In this document: positions 51,760 through 61,629 of the stretch, piece by piece
Layout of the letters: each line of letters starts with the position of its first letter
Position numbering within the stretch: the first letter of the stretch is position 1
Assembly (NCBI GenBank): GCA_964588165.1
Contig: CAZPMS010000006.1
Location: forward strand, 3,425-67,424
Source of the DNA: an uncultured Gammaproteobacteria bacterium
GTDB taxonomy: Bacteria; Patescibacteriota; Patescibacteriia; UBA1558; UBA10009
Direction of reading: 5' to 3'
Length of the DNA stretch: 64,000 bases
Program-made: the position numbers and the translations under genes
Notes under the pieces: model-generated
The model's input: the letters and a program-made list of their open reading frames with translations, nothing else
Databases searched by the model: none
What the model was told of the DNA's origin: nothing

Positions 51760-51788
51760 ACCGCCTCTTTACTAAGTTGCGGTTTTTA
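51760..51788 (+). terminator. terminator after the mini-ORF
   Basis: ACCGC...GCGGT stem followed by TTTTTAT. Overlaps the purN stop codon. Confidence 0.5.
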
Positions 51789-52370
51789 TTTCGCCTCTTC
51801 AGCGAACATTTTAATGCCTTCTAAAATAACTTGCTGTTCTAATTTTTGAACCTTATTTCTTAATGACTCTACGGTTTCATTTTCAACAATTTTAACTTTT
51901 TTTTGAATAATGGTTGGGCCCCCGTCCAAATCTTCATTTACAAAATGCAAAGTGCAACCGCTTTCTTTTTCTTTATTAAATAAAACTTCTTTATGAACAT
52001 CCAAATCCATACCCGGATATTTAGGCAACAGCGAAGGATGAATGTTCATTATTCTATTTTTATACGGATTGATAATAACTGATGTCATTATCCGCATATA
52101 ACCAATTAGTACTATCAAATCAATTTTATGCTCCTGGCAAACCTTTAAGCATTCTGCATCAAATTTTTCTCTGTTTTTATTTTTTTGATTAATGTAGATG
52201 GTATTAATACCGGCTTTACGGGCACGTTCCAAAGCATAACAATCTTTTTTATTGGATAAAACAAACTTTAAATCAGCAAACTCAAGATTACCAGATTCCT
52301 TAGCGTCAATTATAGCTTGTAAATCTGTTCCTTTGGTTGAAGCAAATACTGCTAAATTGATTTTATTCAT
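51786..52370 (-). CDS. purN: phosphoribosylglycinamide formyltransferase
   Basis: 194 aa. LAVFASTKGTDLQAII, MNIHPSLLPKYPG, and the ESGCTLHFVNEDLDGGP pattern. Confidence 0.92.
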   Translation of the reverse strand: MNKINLAVFASTKGTDLQAIIDAKESGNLEFADLKFVLSNKKDCYALERARKAGINTIYINQKNKNREKFDAECLKVCQEHKIDLIVLIGYMRIMTSVIINPYKNRIMNIHPSLLPKYPGMDLDVHKEVLFNKEKESGCTLHFVNEDLDGGPTIIQKKVKIVENETVESLRNKVQKLEQQVILEGIKMFAEEAK

Positions 52371-52381
52371 AATTTTATCGA

Positions 52382-52557
52382 CGAGGATAAATTCCTCGCC
52401 TGCGGAATATTATATTTATTAGCGAGGCTAAACCCTCGCCTGAACGATCTACTATCCCCAAAGTTGAGCAGAGGGTTTAGCCTCTGCATAAAATCCGTAG
52501 ACTATAAATGTAATAAATTACTTAACAAAATACCGTAACAGAGGAATTTATCCTCTG
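52382..52557. repeat. four-hairpin composite repeat filling the purD-purN spacer
   Basis: H1 CGAGGATAAATTCCTCG (52382), H2 GCGAGGCTAAACCCTCGC (52422), H3 GCAGAGGGTTTAGCCTCTGC (52468), H4 CAGAGGAATTTATCCTCTG (52539). H3 resembles rc(H2) and H4 resembles rc(H1). H2 plus its flank equals the arm at 43527-43554. Confidence 0.65.
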
Positions 52558-52562
52558 CAAAT

Positions 52563-53933
52563 TTAAGACTTTAATTCTTCCATCATCTTAATTCTTTTTT
52601 CTATCAATTCCTTAGTTCCAATATCCGGCCTATAGAAAACCGGACCGGTTATCTTTTTTATTTCTGCTTCTACCATTTTTTCTGCTTCATATAAATCTTC
52701 ATGAATACCCACTAATGCCACGGCCCTGGAACCGGCTAGATACAGGCCGTCTTCTCTTTGATCGACTGAGGCATAAAAAACTTTAACTTTAGACTGGTCT
52801 ACTTTAGAAACATCAATCTTTTTATCTTTGGTAGGATTTTCCGGATAACCTTCTGGCACTACATATTTACAGACTGTAGATTTTTTTTGAAGCTCTGGCT
52901 TTAATTGATCTAAATTACCGTTAATAATGGCTGAACATATTTCTAAAAAATCTGCTGATTTGTTGGCGGGAAAAGTTTTAGGCGGGAAAAGTGGCAACAC
53001 ATTCATGGCCTCTGGATCGCCTAACCTGGCATTATACTCAATCAGTTTGACTCCATTCTTAGTTAGCATAAAACCGCCATACAAAAATCCCTTATAGCTT
53101 TTACCAAACTTCTTTTTTAAAGCAACAGCCGTAGCTTCATTTACCCGACGGGCTTCTTTAATATCTTCTTCATCTAAAAATGGTAAAGAAAAATCTGCCA
53201 TAGAATAAGAACCCATGCCACCGGTATTAGGTCCTTTATCATCTACTAGAGCTCTTTTATTATCTTGAACCGCTGGCAGATGTAATAAATGTTCGCCATC
53301 ACAAAAACTCATCAAACTAAATTCCTGGCCAACCAATTTTTCTTCTATAACAACCTTATGACCTGATTCAAAATGTTTTTTTATAATCTCCAGGCCTTCG
53401 TTCATATTTTTAAAATGGTCGCCAGCCACAGTTACTCCTTTACCGCCAGCTAAACCGTCTTGTTTAATTACAAAATTTTCTTCCAAATGTTGAATCCAGT
53501 CTTCTACCCCTTCCATATCTTCACCCAGTCCTTCGCGAAGAGCTGGGTCAAAAACCATAAACTCGGGACTGCCATTTATTTTATAATCCTTAAATAATTC
53601 ACGAGTGAAGGCTTTACTGGTTTCTATCTGGGCTAAATCCTTGTCCGGGCCTACTGATGGAATGCCAACTTGGGATAAAACATCTACTACTCCTTGGCCT
53701 AAAGGAGCTTCTGGACCGATAAGGCAAAAATCAATAGATTTTTCGGTGGCATAACTAACTATAGAAGTATTATTTTTAAGCTCGCCAACTTTATAATCAG
53801 TTGCCAGCTCTTTAGTGCCTGGATTTGTGGATGAGGCAAATACATAAAGCTCTATTTCTTCTTTAGAAGATTTTAAAACAGAAGCCATGGCATGCTCTCT
53901 GGCACCAGAGCCAACTAACAAAACTTTTTTCAT
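52563..53933 (-). CDS. purD: phosphoribosylamine--glycine ligase
   Basis: 456 aa, ATP-grasp. VLLVGSGAREHA, GLAGGKGV, NARLGDPE. Confidence 0.93.
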   Translation of the reverse strand: MKKVLLVGSGAREHAMASVLKSSKEEIELYVFASSTNPGTKELATDYKVGELKNNTSIVSYATEKSIDFCLIGPEAPLGQGVVDVLSQVGIPSVGPDKDLAQIETSKAFTRELFKDYKINGSPEFMVFDPALREGLGEDMEGVEDWIQHLEENFVIKQDGLAGGKGVTVAGDHFKNMNEGLEIIKKHFESGHKVVIEEKLVGQEFSLMSFCDGEHLLHLPAVQDNKRALVDDKGPNTGGMGSYSMADFSLPFLDEEDIKEARRVNEATAVALKKKFGKSYKGFLYGGFMLTKNGVKLIEYNARLGDPEAMNVLPLFPPKTFPANKSADFLEICSAIINGNLDQLKPELQKKSTVCKYVVPEGYPENPTKDKKIDVSKVDQSKVKVFYASVDQREDGLYLAGSRAVALVGIHEDLYEAEKMVEAEIKKITGPVFYRPDIGTKELIEKRIKMMEELKS

Positions 53934-55420
53934 AATAATGAAGATTTACCGTGGTTATTATTAATATTTGATCTTTCTTGCTTTCTTCGTTTTTCTATTT
54001 CAACTAAAACTTCTTCGTTTATCTCTTCGGTTGGATATTTGCCATCAAAATAAGCGCAGTGCGGCCGGCTGAATTTTAGTTTTCCTTTCCTGGTTACTGC
54101 CTCTATTAAATCATCTAAATCTTGATAAATTAAAACATCTGCTCCAATACTTTGCTGTATTTCTTCTACACTGCGGTCGTAGGCAATATATTCTTCTCTG
54201 GTAGGCAAATCTATGCCATAAATATCCGGCCATCTAAGAGGCGGGCTGGCTGAGCCAAAATAAACTTTTTTAGCTCCATTCTCCCTCATTAACTTAACTA
54301 TATGCCTGGATACATTACCTCTAACAATACTATCATCTACTACCAATACGTTTTTATTTTTGATTTCTTGCTTAATGGCTGATAATTTATATTTGTTGGC
54401 TTTTTGCCTGGCTTCTTGGCCCGGCATTATAAATGTCCTGCCAATAAAAGGATTTTTGTAAATACCCTCTGTATATCTAACTCCTAATTCATTAGCGCAA
54501 GATAGGGCTGCTGTAGTAGCACTTTGCGGTGCCGGAATTACCACATCAATATCTAAACCGGGATGTTCTCTTTTAATTTTTTTAGCTAAGTTTTGGCCCA
54601 TTCTTAATCTGGATCTATATATGCTAACTCCGTTTAAGAATGAATCTACTCTGGCAAAATAAACATATTCAAAAATACAAGGCTTAAATTCTTTCTCTGT
54701 AACTCTTTTAGTTTTAACTTCTCCGTTTAAATCAATAAAAACAACCTCTCCTGGTTCTATGTCCCTATAAAAATCGTAGCCTAAAATTTGCAACATGGTA
54801 TTTTCGGAAGCAAAAATATGTTCAGTTTTAAAACTGGTTTTCCTCTGGCCCCAAATTAGCGGCCTGATTCCATGAGGATCTCTAAAAACAACCATTCCCT
54901 TATCGGCAATCATAGAAACTACAGAGTAAGCCCCTTTTACTCTTTTATGAACACTGCTCACTGCCTGGCAAACTGAATCAAAAAAATCACGATGGCAAAA
55001 CCGCGAAAGTTCATAAGCAAAAACATTTAAAATTACCTCCATATCACTGCTGGAATTTGTATGCCTTAGATCATTTTTAAACAACTCTTCCTTAAGCTGC
55101 CAATAGTTATAAACATTGCCATTATAGGCCATAGAAATTCCATAGGGAGAATTAACGTAAAATGGCTGGACTTCTTCTTTAGTAATAGCACCTACTGTAG
55201 GATACCTAACCTGTCCAATACCCATATTGCCTTTGAGATCAAAAATATCTTCTTGAGAGAAAACCTCTCTTACCAAGCCTAGCCCCCTTTTTTGATGAAA
55301 ACACTTATTATAGGTGGAAATGCCAGCACAATCCTGGCCCCGATGCTGCAAGGCCAATAAACTTTCATATAATTCTGTAGAAACTTGACCATTGCCAATT
55401 ATTCCGGCTATTCCGCACAT
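53930..55420 (-). CDS. purF: amidophosphoribosyltransferase
   Basis: The start is moved to MCGIAGIIG (55420), the Ntn-hydrolase Cys1 signature. The PRTase motif VLVVDDSIVRGN is present. Confidence 0.93.
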   Translation of the reverse strand: MCGIAGIIGNGQVSTELYESLLALQHRGQDCAGISTYNKCFHQKRGLGLVREVFSQEDIFDLKGNMGIGQVRYPTVGAITKEEVQPFYVNSPYGISMAYNGNVYNYWQLKEELFKNDLRHTNSSSDMEVILNVFAYELSRFCHRDFFDSVCQAVSSVHKRVKGAYSVVSMIADKGMVVFRDPHGIRPLIWGQRKTSFKTEHIFASENTMLQILGYDFYRDIEPGEVVFIDLNGEVKTKRVTEKEFKPCIFEYVYFARVDSFLNGVSIYRSRLRMGQNLAKKIKREHPGLDIDVVIPAPQSATTAALSCANELGVRYTEGIYKNPFIGRTFIMPGQEARQKANKYKLSAIKQEIKNKNVLVVDDSIVRGNVSRHIVKLMRENGAKKVYFGSASPPLRWPDIYGIDLPTREEYIAYDRSVEEIQQSIGADVLIYQDLDDLIEAVTRKGKLKFSRPHCAYFDGKYPTEEINEEVLVEIEKRRKQERSNINNNHGKSSLL

Positions 55421-55483
55421 AAATTTTATAATTAATGAACCATGATCAATAATCAATTATTATCATGGTTTATGGTTTATAGA

Positions 55484-56839
55484 TTATTTAATATACTTAT
55501 CTACCAGCTTACTGGCTAAACCGATATAATTTTCCGGGGTAAGCTTTAGCAGCTGATCCTTTGCCTGTTTGCTTATCTTTAAACTTCTAATGAATTTATG
55601 AAGCTCAATTTTATTTATAGTTTTTCCTCTGGTTAATTTTTTTAAAGCCTCATACGGTTTAGGATAGCCTTCTTTTCTTAAAACCACCTGGATTGGTTCG
55701 GCTAAAAGCTGCCATTGGTCTGATAATTCCTCTGCTACTTTTTGTTTATTTACTTCTAAACGTGATAAGCCTTTTAAAGTTGATTTTAAGGCCAATAAAC
55801 TATAGCCAATGGCCACGCCTTGGTTTCTCAATACTGTACTATCAGAAAGATCACGTTGCATCCTGGAAACTGCTAATTTTTCTGCTAAATGATTTAGAAT
55901 TGAGTTGGACAGCCCAAGATTACCTTCACTATTTTCAAAGTAAATTGGATTTACCTTATGGGGCATGGTTGATGAACCGACTTCTCCCTTAACTTTTTTC
56001 TGTTTGAATATGCCACGACTGATATAAAGCCAGATATCTTGATCTAAATCTTTGATAATATTATTAACTCTTATTAAATGATGGTAAGCTTCAGCTGATC
56101 CGTCATGAGGCTCTATTTGAGTTGTTAAAGGATTAAATTCAAGGCCGAATGATTCAATAAAATTTTTGCTAAAGCCAAGCCAGTCTACTTTTGGATAAGC
56201 AACCAAATGGGCACTCCAATTACCAACTGCTCCGGAAAATTTTCCTTTTAACGGCAACTGATTAATTTGATCATTGATTCTCTTATAAAAAACTGCTAAC
56301 TCCTTGCCAATGGTAGTTGGGCTGGCTGGCTGGCCATGGGTTAAAGCCAGTAGTGGAGTCCTGCGATGCTTGACTGCTGTTGACCTTAGTTCTTTCAATA
56401 ATTTATTTAAAGATTTTTTATAAGTAGCTAAGCCATCTTTTAACATTAAGGTGTAAGCCAGATTATTTATATCTTCTGAAGTTAAGCCGAAATGAATAAA
56501 TTCCTGATAGTCTTCCAATCTTTTAATCTTCTTAATCTTCTCCTTCAAATAATATTCAACCGACTTAACATCATGATTAGTTGTTTTTTCTATCTTCTTA
56601 ACTTTCTCAGCCTCCTTTATATCAAACTTTTCATAAATAGTTCTAAGTAGCACTCTTTCTTCGTCTGTGAATTCCCGCACTTCCGGAATTTTTGATTCGT
56701 TGGATAAGGCGATTAAATATTCCACTTCAACCTTAAGCCTGTACTTCATTAAAGCACTTTCAGAAAAAATTGAGTTTAGTTCTTTAACCTCATTATAATA
56801 ACGACCATCCAATGGAGAGATTGATGTTAAATTTGACAT
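55484..56839 (-). CDS. purB: adenylosuccinate lyase
   Basis: 451 aa. ISPLDGRY, the fumarate-lyase signature GSSTMPHKVNP. Confidence 0.93.
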   Translation of the reverse strand: MSNLTSISPLDGRYYNEVKELNSIFSESALMKYRLKVEVEYLIALSNESKIPEVREFTDEERVLLRTIYEKFDIKEAEKVKKIEKTTNHDVKSVEYYLKEKIKKIKRLEDYQEFIHFGLTSEDINNLAYTLMLKDGLATYKKSLNKLLKELRSTAVKHRRTPLLALTHGQPASPTTIGKELAVFYKRINDQINQLPLKGKFSGAVGNWSAHLVAYPKVDWLGFSKNFIESFGLEFNPLTTQIEPHDGSAEAYHHLIRVNNIIKDLDQDIWLYISRGIFKQKKVKGEVGSSTMPHKVNPIYFENSEGNLGLSNSILNHLAEKLAVSRMQRDLSDSTVLRNQGVAIGYSLLALKSTLKGLSRLEVNKQKVAEELSDQWQLLAEPIQVVLRKEGYPKPYEALKKLTRGKTINKIELHKFIRSLKISKQAKDQLLKLTPENYIGLASKLVDKYIK

Positions 56840-56946
56840 AAATGATTAAATTACCAATTAACAATTTCCAATAACCAATAAAATTCCAATTCTAAATTTA
56901 ATAATTTTTAATTTATTGGATATTGGTTATTGTAAATTAGATATTA

Positions 56947-57393
56947 TTAAAAGCTTTCTTTTATTTCCTTGATCTTATTTTTAACTTTATTTTGGATTGA
57001 CTCATCGGCCAAACCAAATATCCTAGCACAGGCAGCAGCCACATTTTTAGGATCCAAAACTGTAAGTACCGGCGTATCAGAAGGCATTTGCAAAGTTGAA
57101 TTAATGTTTACCATCATGTCTGATTTATCTTTAAAAGGCGGACAGGCAATAACCGGATGGACGGAATTGGCAGCCACTACTCCGGAAAGGCCGTTTGACC
57201 TACCGGCAATAGTTACGTAGACCAAATCTTTTTCCTTATTATTATTTTTTACAATTTCAAAAACCTTTTCCGGCACTTTATGGGCCGAAGCTATAATGGT
57301 TTCTGATTCTAAATCCCATTTCTTTAATTCCGATGATATTTTGTCAGCCCAATCTTTATCGGACGGACTGCCCATTATTAGAATGACTTTCAT
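56947..57393 (-). CDS. purE: AIR carboxylase/N5-CAIR mutase catalytic subunit
   Basis: 148 aa. IMGSPSD...ASAHK..P...AGRSNGL pattern. Confidence 0.85.
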   Translation of the reverse strand: MKVILIMGSPSDKDWADKISSELKKWDLESETIIASAHKVPEKVFEIVKNNNKEKDLVYVTIAGRSNGLSGVVAANSVHPVIACPPFKDKSDMMVNINSTLQMPSDTPVLTVLDPKNVAAACARIFGLADESIQNKVKNKIKEIKESF

Positions 57394-57436
57394 AAATTTA
57401 TGAATAAAAAATGTTATGGAAAACTTTACTTCTATC

Positions 57437-57519
57437 TGTCATCCTGAGCTTGCCGAAGGATCCCGTTACTTTTAGTACGTGCTATATAATACGGGATTCC
57501 TCAATGTAACTCAGAATGA
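57437..57519. mobile_element. 83-bp MITE, GTCAT-TIR family, copy 2
   Basis: Left arm GTCATCCTGAGCTTGCCGAAGGATCCCGTTA. The right arm reverse-complements to GTCATTCTGAGTTACATTGAGGAATCCCGTA. Centre contains AGTACGT. The outer flanks AAACTTTACTT / AAGTAAAGTTT are also inverted. Confidence 0.8.
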
Positions 57520-57544
57520 CAAAAAGTAAAGTTTTACCTGATTA

Positions 57545-58546
57545 TTATACAAGATAACCGCTTTTTTTCAAATTTTCTTCTATTCTATCCTTAATACTAC
57601 CCTCTTTGGCCTTAAACTGTTGGCCAGTTATCATTTCATACAGTTTTATATATCTGGATGAAAGTTCCACGACAAGCTCTTTAGGGGCTTCTGGCAGTTT
57701 TTCGTCATTATACGGATCACAGTGATCTTTAAACCACAATCTTAAAAATTCCTTATCAATATTATCAGGTTCTTTGCCATCTGATATTCTTTGTTGATAA
57801 GACTCTGCCAGCCAATACCTGGATGAATCCGGCGTATGGATTTCATCTATAAGCATAATATTACCTTCTTCATCCTTTCCGAATTCATATTTGGTATCAA
57901 CTAAAATTAAGCTGTTTTTGCTGGCTACTTCTTGGCCGAATTTAAAAAGTTCCATAGCTTTTTGGGAAATATAATCCCACTCTTGGGCAGTAGCAAAATG
58001 TTCCAACAAAATATCATTTTTGGAAATATTCCTGTCATGTTTTTCAAATTTAGTGCTGGGCGTAATTATTGGTTCCGTAAACTTTTGATTCTTCATCATA
58101 CCTTCTGGAAGTTTATTGCCGCAGAATTCCCTAACGCCTTTTTGATAATTAGTCCAAACTGCTGTATCAGTAGAACCAGTCATGTATCCCCTAACAATTA
58201 CTTCAAACGGAAACACTTTACATTTTTTACCAACTACTACGTTAGGATCAGGAATATCTAAAACAAAGTTGGGAATAATATTTTTAGTTTGCTTAAACCA
58301 CCAGGCGCTTGTTTGGTTTAGAACTTGGCCTTTAAACGGAATTGAGGCTAGCACTCTATCAAAAGCTGACTGCCTATCAGTTGTAATTAAAATTATTTTA
58401 TCTTCTGCTTGTCCTGAACCAGCTTTAGCTTGGTGCTGGATAAAATAGGTATCCCTTACTTTACCTGTCTTTTTTTCACCAAGGCCTTTAAAGTCAATCT
58501 CGGTTAAAACGTTATGAATGTTTTTTTCAATAATTTTTTTATCCAT
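57545..58546 (-). CDS. purC: SAICAR synthetase (long form)
   Basis: 333 aa. GKVRDTY..., ILITTDRQSAFD, LILVDTKYEFG. Confidence 0.9.
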   Translation of the reverse strand: MDKKIIEKNIHNVLTEIDFKGLGEKKTGKVRDTYFIQHQAKAGSGQAEDKIILITTDRQSAFDRVLASIPFKGQVLNQTSAWWFKQTKNIIPNFVLDIPDPNVVVGKKCKVFPFEVIVRGYMTGSTDTAVWTNYQKGVREFCGNKLPEGMMKNQKFTEPIITPSTKFEKHDRNISKNDILLEHFATAQEWDYISQKAMELFKFGQEVASKNSLILVDTKYEFGKDEEGNIMLIDEIHTPDSSRYWLAESYQQRISDGKEPDNIDKEFLRLWFKDHCDPYNDEKLPEAPKELVVELSSRYIKLYEMITGQQFKAKEGSIKDRIEENLKKSGYLV

Positions 58547-58559
58547 ATTATTATTTTAA

Positions 58560-59123
58560 TTATTTTCTAGCTTGTTTAAGGGCTCCTGCATACCATTCCA
58601 GTTCATCTAAAAAATTAACTACCCGCTTATTATATTTTTCATCCAAGGCTTTGCCATTTTCATCAAAAGCATCATTAATCCCGGAAACCATAAAGGAAGT
58701 TGGAATACTAGATGCGCCAAGTTCACCCATTACCGCCCTCAAAGGATTTAAAACTCTAACCCCAGCAAACGGACCTGCAGAATAAGTTACAATTCCACTG
58801 GGCTTGTAATGATATTCAGCTTGAAAATGGTCTAAAATATTTTTTAAAACCGGCGGCACACCATGATTGTATTCACCGGAAACCAATACAAAACCATCGG
58901 CCTGCTCTAAAACCTGATGGACTTTTTCTATGGGCTCTGGAGCTTTGCCAGCATCATATTCCTTATACATTTTATCTAGCATAGGCAAATTAAATTCCAG
59001 TTGATCAACTAGTGTAACTTCGTGTCCGCGCTCTTTTAACTGGTTGGTAATAAATTTTGCCAGTTTAGTGCCCTGGCGTTCGGTCCTTACGGAACCGTAA
59101 ATTACTGCAATATTTAAAGACAT
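58560..59123 (-). CDS. NADPH-dependent FMN reductase family protein
   Basis: 187 aa. IAVIYGSVRTERQGTKLAKF and SGEYNHGVPPVLKN patterns. Confidence 0.7.
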   Translation of the reverse strand: MSLNIAVIYGSVRTERQGTKLAKFITNQLKERGHEVTLVDQLEFNLPMLDKMYKEYDAGKAPEPIEKVHQVLEQADGFVLVSGEYNHGVPPVLKNILDHFQAEYHYKPSGIVTYSAGPFAGVRVLNPLRAVMGELGASSIPTSFMVSGINDAFDENGKALDEKYNKRVVNFLDELEWYAGALKQARK

Positions 59124-59134
59124 AATTTTATTGG

Positions 59135-59533
59135 TTAATTTTTTTTTTCACTGAGAACTTCTTCTATAGTTCTCTTTTTTATAATTAAAGGATGATAATA
59201 AAAAACTGATTGATTATTAAATTCACCTACAAGATATATTTTCAACTTCTTATCTTTAGCCTGAAGCGCTAAAGCCATTCCCAGTTCCACATACTTTCCC
59301 CTGCCTTCAGCAGGATCGGTAAATAAAATAAATACATCTGCTTCCAATAATCCATCTAAATCCCTCACTGCTCTAAAGCTGGCTTCTTCTGATTTGGCTT
59401 CCCTTTCTTTAGTAGAAATCGGCACGTCATTGAACCACTCAACAACGATTTCATGTCCTGATTTTTTAACCAGATCTGCTGCCTTAACAACTTCTTCTTT
59501 GCTTTCTAAAGTTCCGGCCAAATAAACTTTCAT
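59135..59533 (-). CDS. nucleoside 2-deoxyribosyltransferase-like protein
   Basis: 132 aa. MKVYLAG... Rossmann-like start and an acidic motif after beta-4. Weak call. Confidence 0.45.
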   Translation of the reverse strand: MKVYLAGTLESKEEVVKAADLVKKSGHEIVVEWFNDVPISTKEREAKSEEASFRAVRDLDGLLEADVFILFTDPAEGRGKYVELGMALALQAKDKKLKIYLVGEFNNQSVFYYHPLIIKKRTIEEVLSEKKN

Positions 59534-59535
59534 AA

Positions 59536-60771
59536 TTAATAATTTTCAATTGATTGAGAAAAAGGATTTGCTAAAATATTTGATTCTAAAATTTTCTGCC
59601 AGTCATCTGCTGAACATTCAACTTCCCACAAAACTCCATTTTTTATTGAACTGATCTCGGACATATTTAATCTATTATTTAATGTATCAAGTTTTGCCTG
59701 CCCCGTAAAATCGTCTTTGTATCTAGTGAGTAGTTTGTAGGTGGTAGTGAGTAGTTTTGATTTGTCATTAATATAAGGAATCTCCTTATTGGTATTTAAC
59801 AGTTCGTTTGATTTTATTAATTGGTCCACAAACTGTTCTGACTGATCAATAGATTGAATTTCCCAATGAGTATAACGTTTAACTTTGACGCCACTAAAAC
59901 CAAGGTTATTTAAAGCAGTTTGAAGGGTTTCTGCTTCATTGTCGGTAATTATAAGTTCAACCAACATTTCCATAGCCTCTTCCGGTTTTTTATATTCCCC
60001 ATTTTGAATTTGATTATTAAAATTTTGTATCTTGTCTGTTTCTTGCTTCTTGTTTCTTGCTTCTTGTTTATCTAAATAAGCTTTCATTGATTCAAATATA
60101 ATCTGTCCATCATCCGTTCTTTCCGGATGAGGCATTAAAGCTAAAACATTACCAGCCGGATTGCTAACTCCGGCTAAATTATAAACAGCACCATTGGGAT
60201 TAATAGGAAATTGATCTTTTACTTCCCCATTTTTGTCACAATACCTAAAAACTGTCTGGCCATTTTCTTTTAATTGATTTAAGACATCCTCATTAATAAC
60301 AAACCTGCCTTCACCATGGGCAATGGGTAATCCAAAATGATGGCCTTGTTTATAATTATTAAAAGCTGATCTTCCTGACTGAACATCATTTTTAATTCTA
60401 ACCCAAATATTTAAATAACCATGGTTATTCCAAGCCAAGGATGATCCTAAATGGTGGTTTTCTAATCCAGGAATCAATCCAGATTCAACCAAAATCTGAG
60501 CGCCATTACATATACCAATAACCGGCTTGCCTTTGGCTGACTCTTGTTTAACAATATCCATCAAAGGATCCCGGCCGGCAATAGCGCCTGACCTTACTCT
60601 ATCTTCGTAACTAAAACCACCGGCAATAAAATAACCGTCAAATTCCTTTAATTTATTATAATCATCGTTCCATCTAAAAAATTCCGCGTCCATACCGGCT
60701 TTTTTTATAGCCCGAGCTGACTCGTACTCACAATTAGTGCCGGGAAATTGAATAATAGCTATTTTATGCAT
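59536..60771 (-). CDS. purQ: FGAM synthase glutaminase subunit PurQ fused to two PurS-like repeats
   Basis: The N-terminal ~230 aa are a class I GATase (IAIIQFPGTNCE, GICNGAQIL, MPHPER). The C-terminal ~150 aa contain two PurS-like units ending LLNTNKEIPY and ILANPFSQSIENY. The linkers are encoded by reiterated word tracts. Confidence 0.85.
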   Translation of the reverse strand: MHKIAIIQFPGTNCEYESARAIKKAGMDAEFFRWNDDYNKLKEFDGYFIAGGFSYEDRVRSGAIAGRDPLMDIVKQESAKGKPVIGICNGAQILVESGLIPGLENHHLGSSLAWNNHGYLNIWVRIKNDVQSGRSAFNNYKQGHHFGLPIAHGEGRFVINEDVLNQLKENGQTVFRYCDKNGEVKDQFPINPNGAVYNLAGVSNPAGNVLALMPHPERTDDGQIIFESMKAYLDKQEARNKKQETDKIQNFNNQIQNGEYKKPEEAMEMLVELIITDNEAETLQTALNNLGFSGVKVKRYTHWEIQSIDQSEQFVDQLIKSNELLNTNKEIPYINDKSKLLTTTYKLLTRYKDDFTGQAKLDTLNNRLNMSEISSIKNGVLWEVECSADDWQKILESNILANPFSQSIENY

Positions 60772-60773
60772 AA

Positions 60774-61607
60774 TTAATTTGTATCAATATTATTTTGTAG
60801 TTCTTCATTGGAAATAAATTTTGGCCAATTCGGAAGTTGTTGATTACTGTATCTGATAACCTCTGCTTGTGGGGTTTTCTTTTTCCTAATTTCTTCTCTA
60901 TCTTTTATTTCATCTAAAATACCGAATAACATTCTAAAGCTTCCATTATGCCCGGAAACTAAAATTTTTATTGGTCGGTTATTTTGTTCTTGAAACTTTT
61001 GGGCTAATTTATATACATCATTTAAAAACCAAATAAGTTTCCCCAGCACCATTGAATAATTTTCACCGCCTGGAAAAAATCTGCCATAAGAGAATCCCTT
61101 AGCTTTTTCTTCGGCTGCCAATGAATCTTTTTTCTGGCCACCATATTCACCGTAACACCTCTCATTTATTCTTTGATCGATAACAAACCTTTCTTCAGGA
61201 ATTTCTATACCAGCTGACTTTAAAGTTTCTCTGACAGTAACATCAGTTCTGCTCAAACCAGATCTAACTACCAAATCAAATTCTTCTCCTTCTAAATTTT
61301 TACCCATAGCCTGAGCCTGTTCATAACCTTTCTCGGTTAATTCAGCATCAACTGTTCCGGTAAATTTTTTTGCCTCATTATGGGTTGTTTGGGTATGCCT
61401 GATAAATGAAAAATCTATTGCTGTTTTACCAATCTCTTCTTTTAACTTTAAATATTGCTGATATAAATATTCTATTTTGGGTAAAATTTCTCTTAAAATA
61501 TCCGGAGTGGGAATATCTTCTAAATTTTTAGACAAGGTTGAAGCACTTTCCCATAGTTCTCTAATAGAAATTCTCTCTTGCTCAAATTGTGGACCCTCTT
61601 CGTTCAT
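60774..61607 (-). CDS. histidine phosphatase (phosphoglycerate mutase-like) family protein
   Basis: 277 aa. FIRHTQTTHN (RHG-type motif) and a later SGHNGSF (H of the catalytic pair). Confidence 0.65.
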   Translation of the reverse strand: MNEEGPQFEQERISIRELWESASTLSKNLEDIPTPDILREILPKIEYLYQQYLKLKEEIGKTAIDFSFIRHTQTTHNEAKKFTGTVDAELTEKGYEQAQAMGKNLEGEEFDLVVRSGLSRTDVTVRETLKSAGIEIPEERFVIDQRINERCYGEYGGQKKDSLAAEEKAKGFSYGRFFPGGENYSMVLGKLIWFLNDVYKLAQKFQEQNNRPIKILVSGHNGSFRMLFGILDEIKDREEIRKKKTPQAEVIRYSNQQLPNWPKFISNEELQNNIDTN

Positions 61608-61629
61608 GTTTAAATTAATTTATTGCTGA

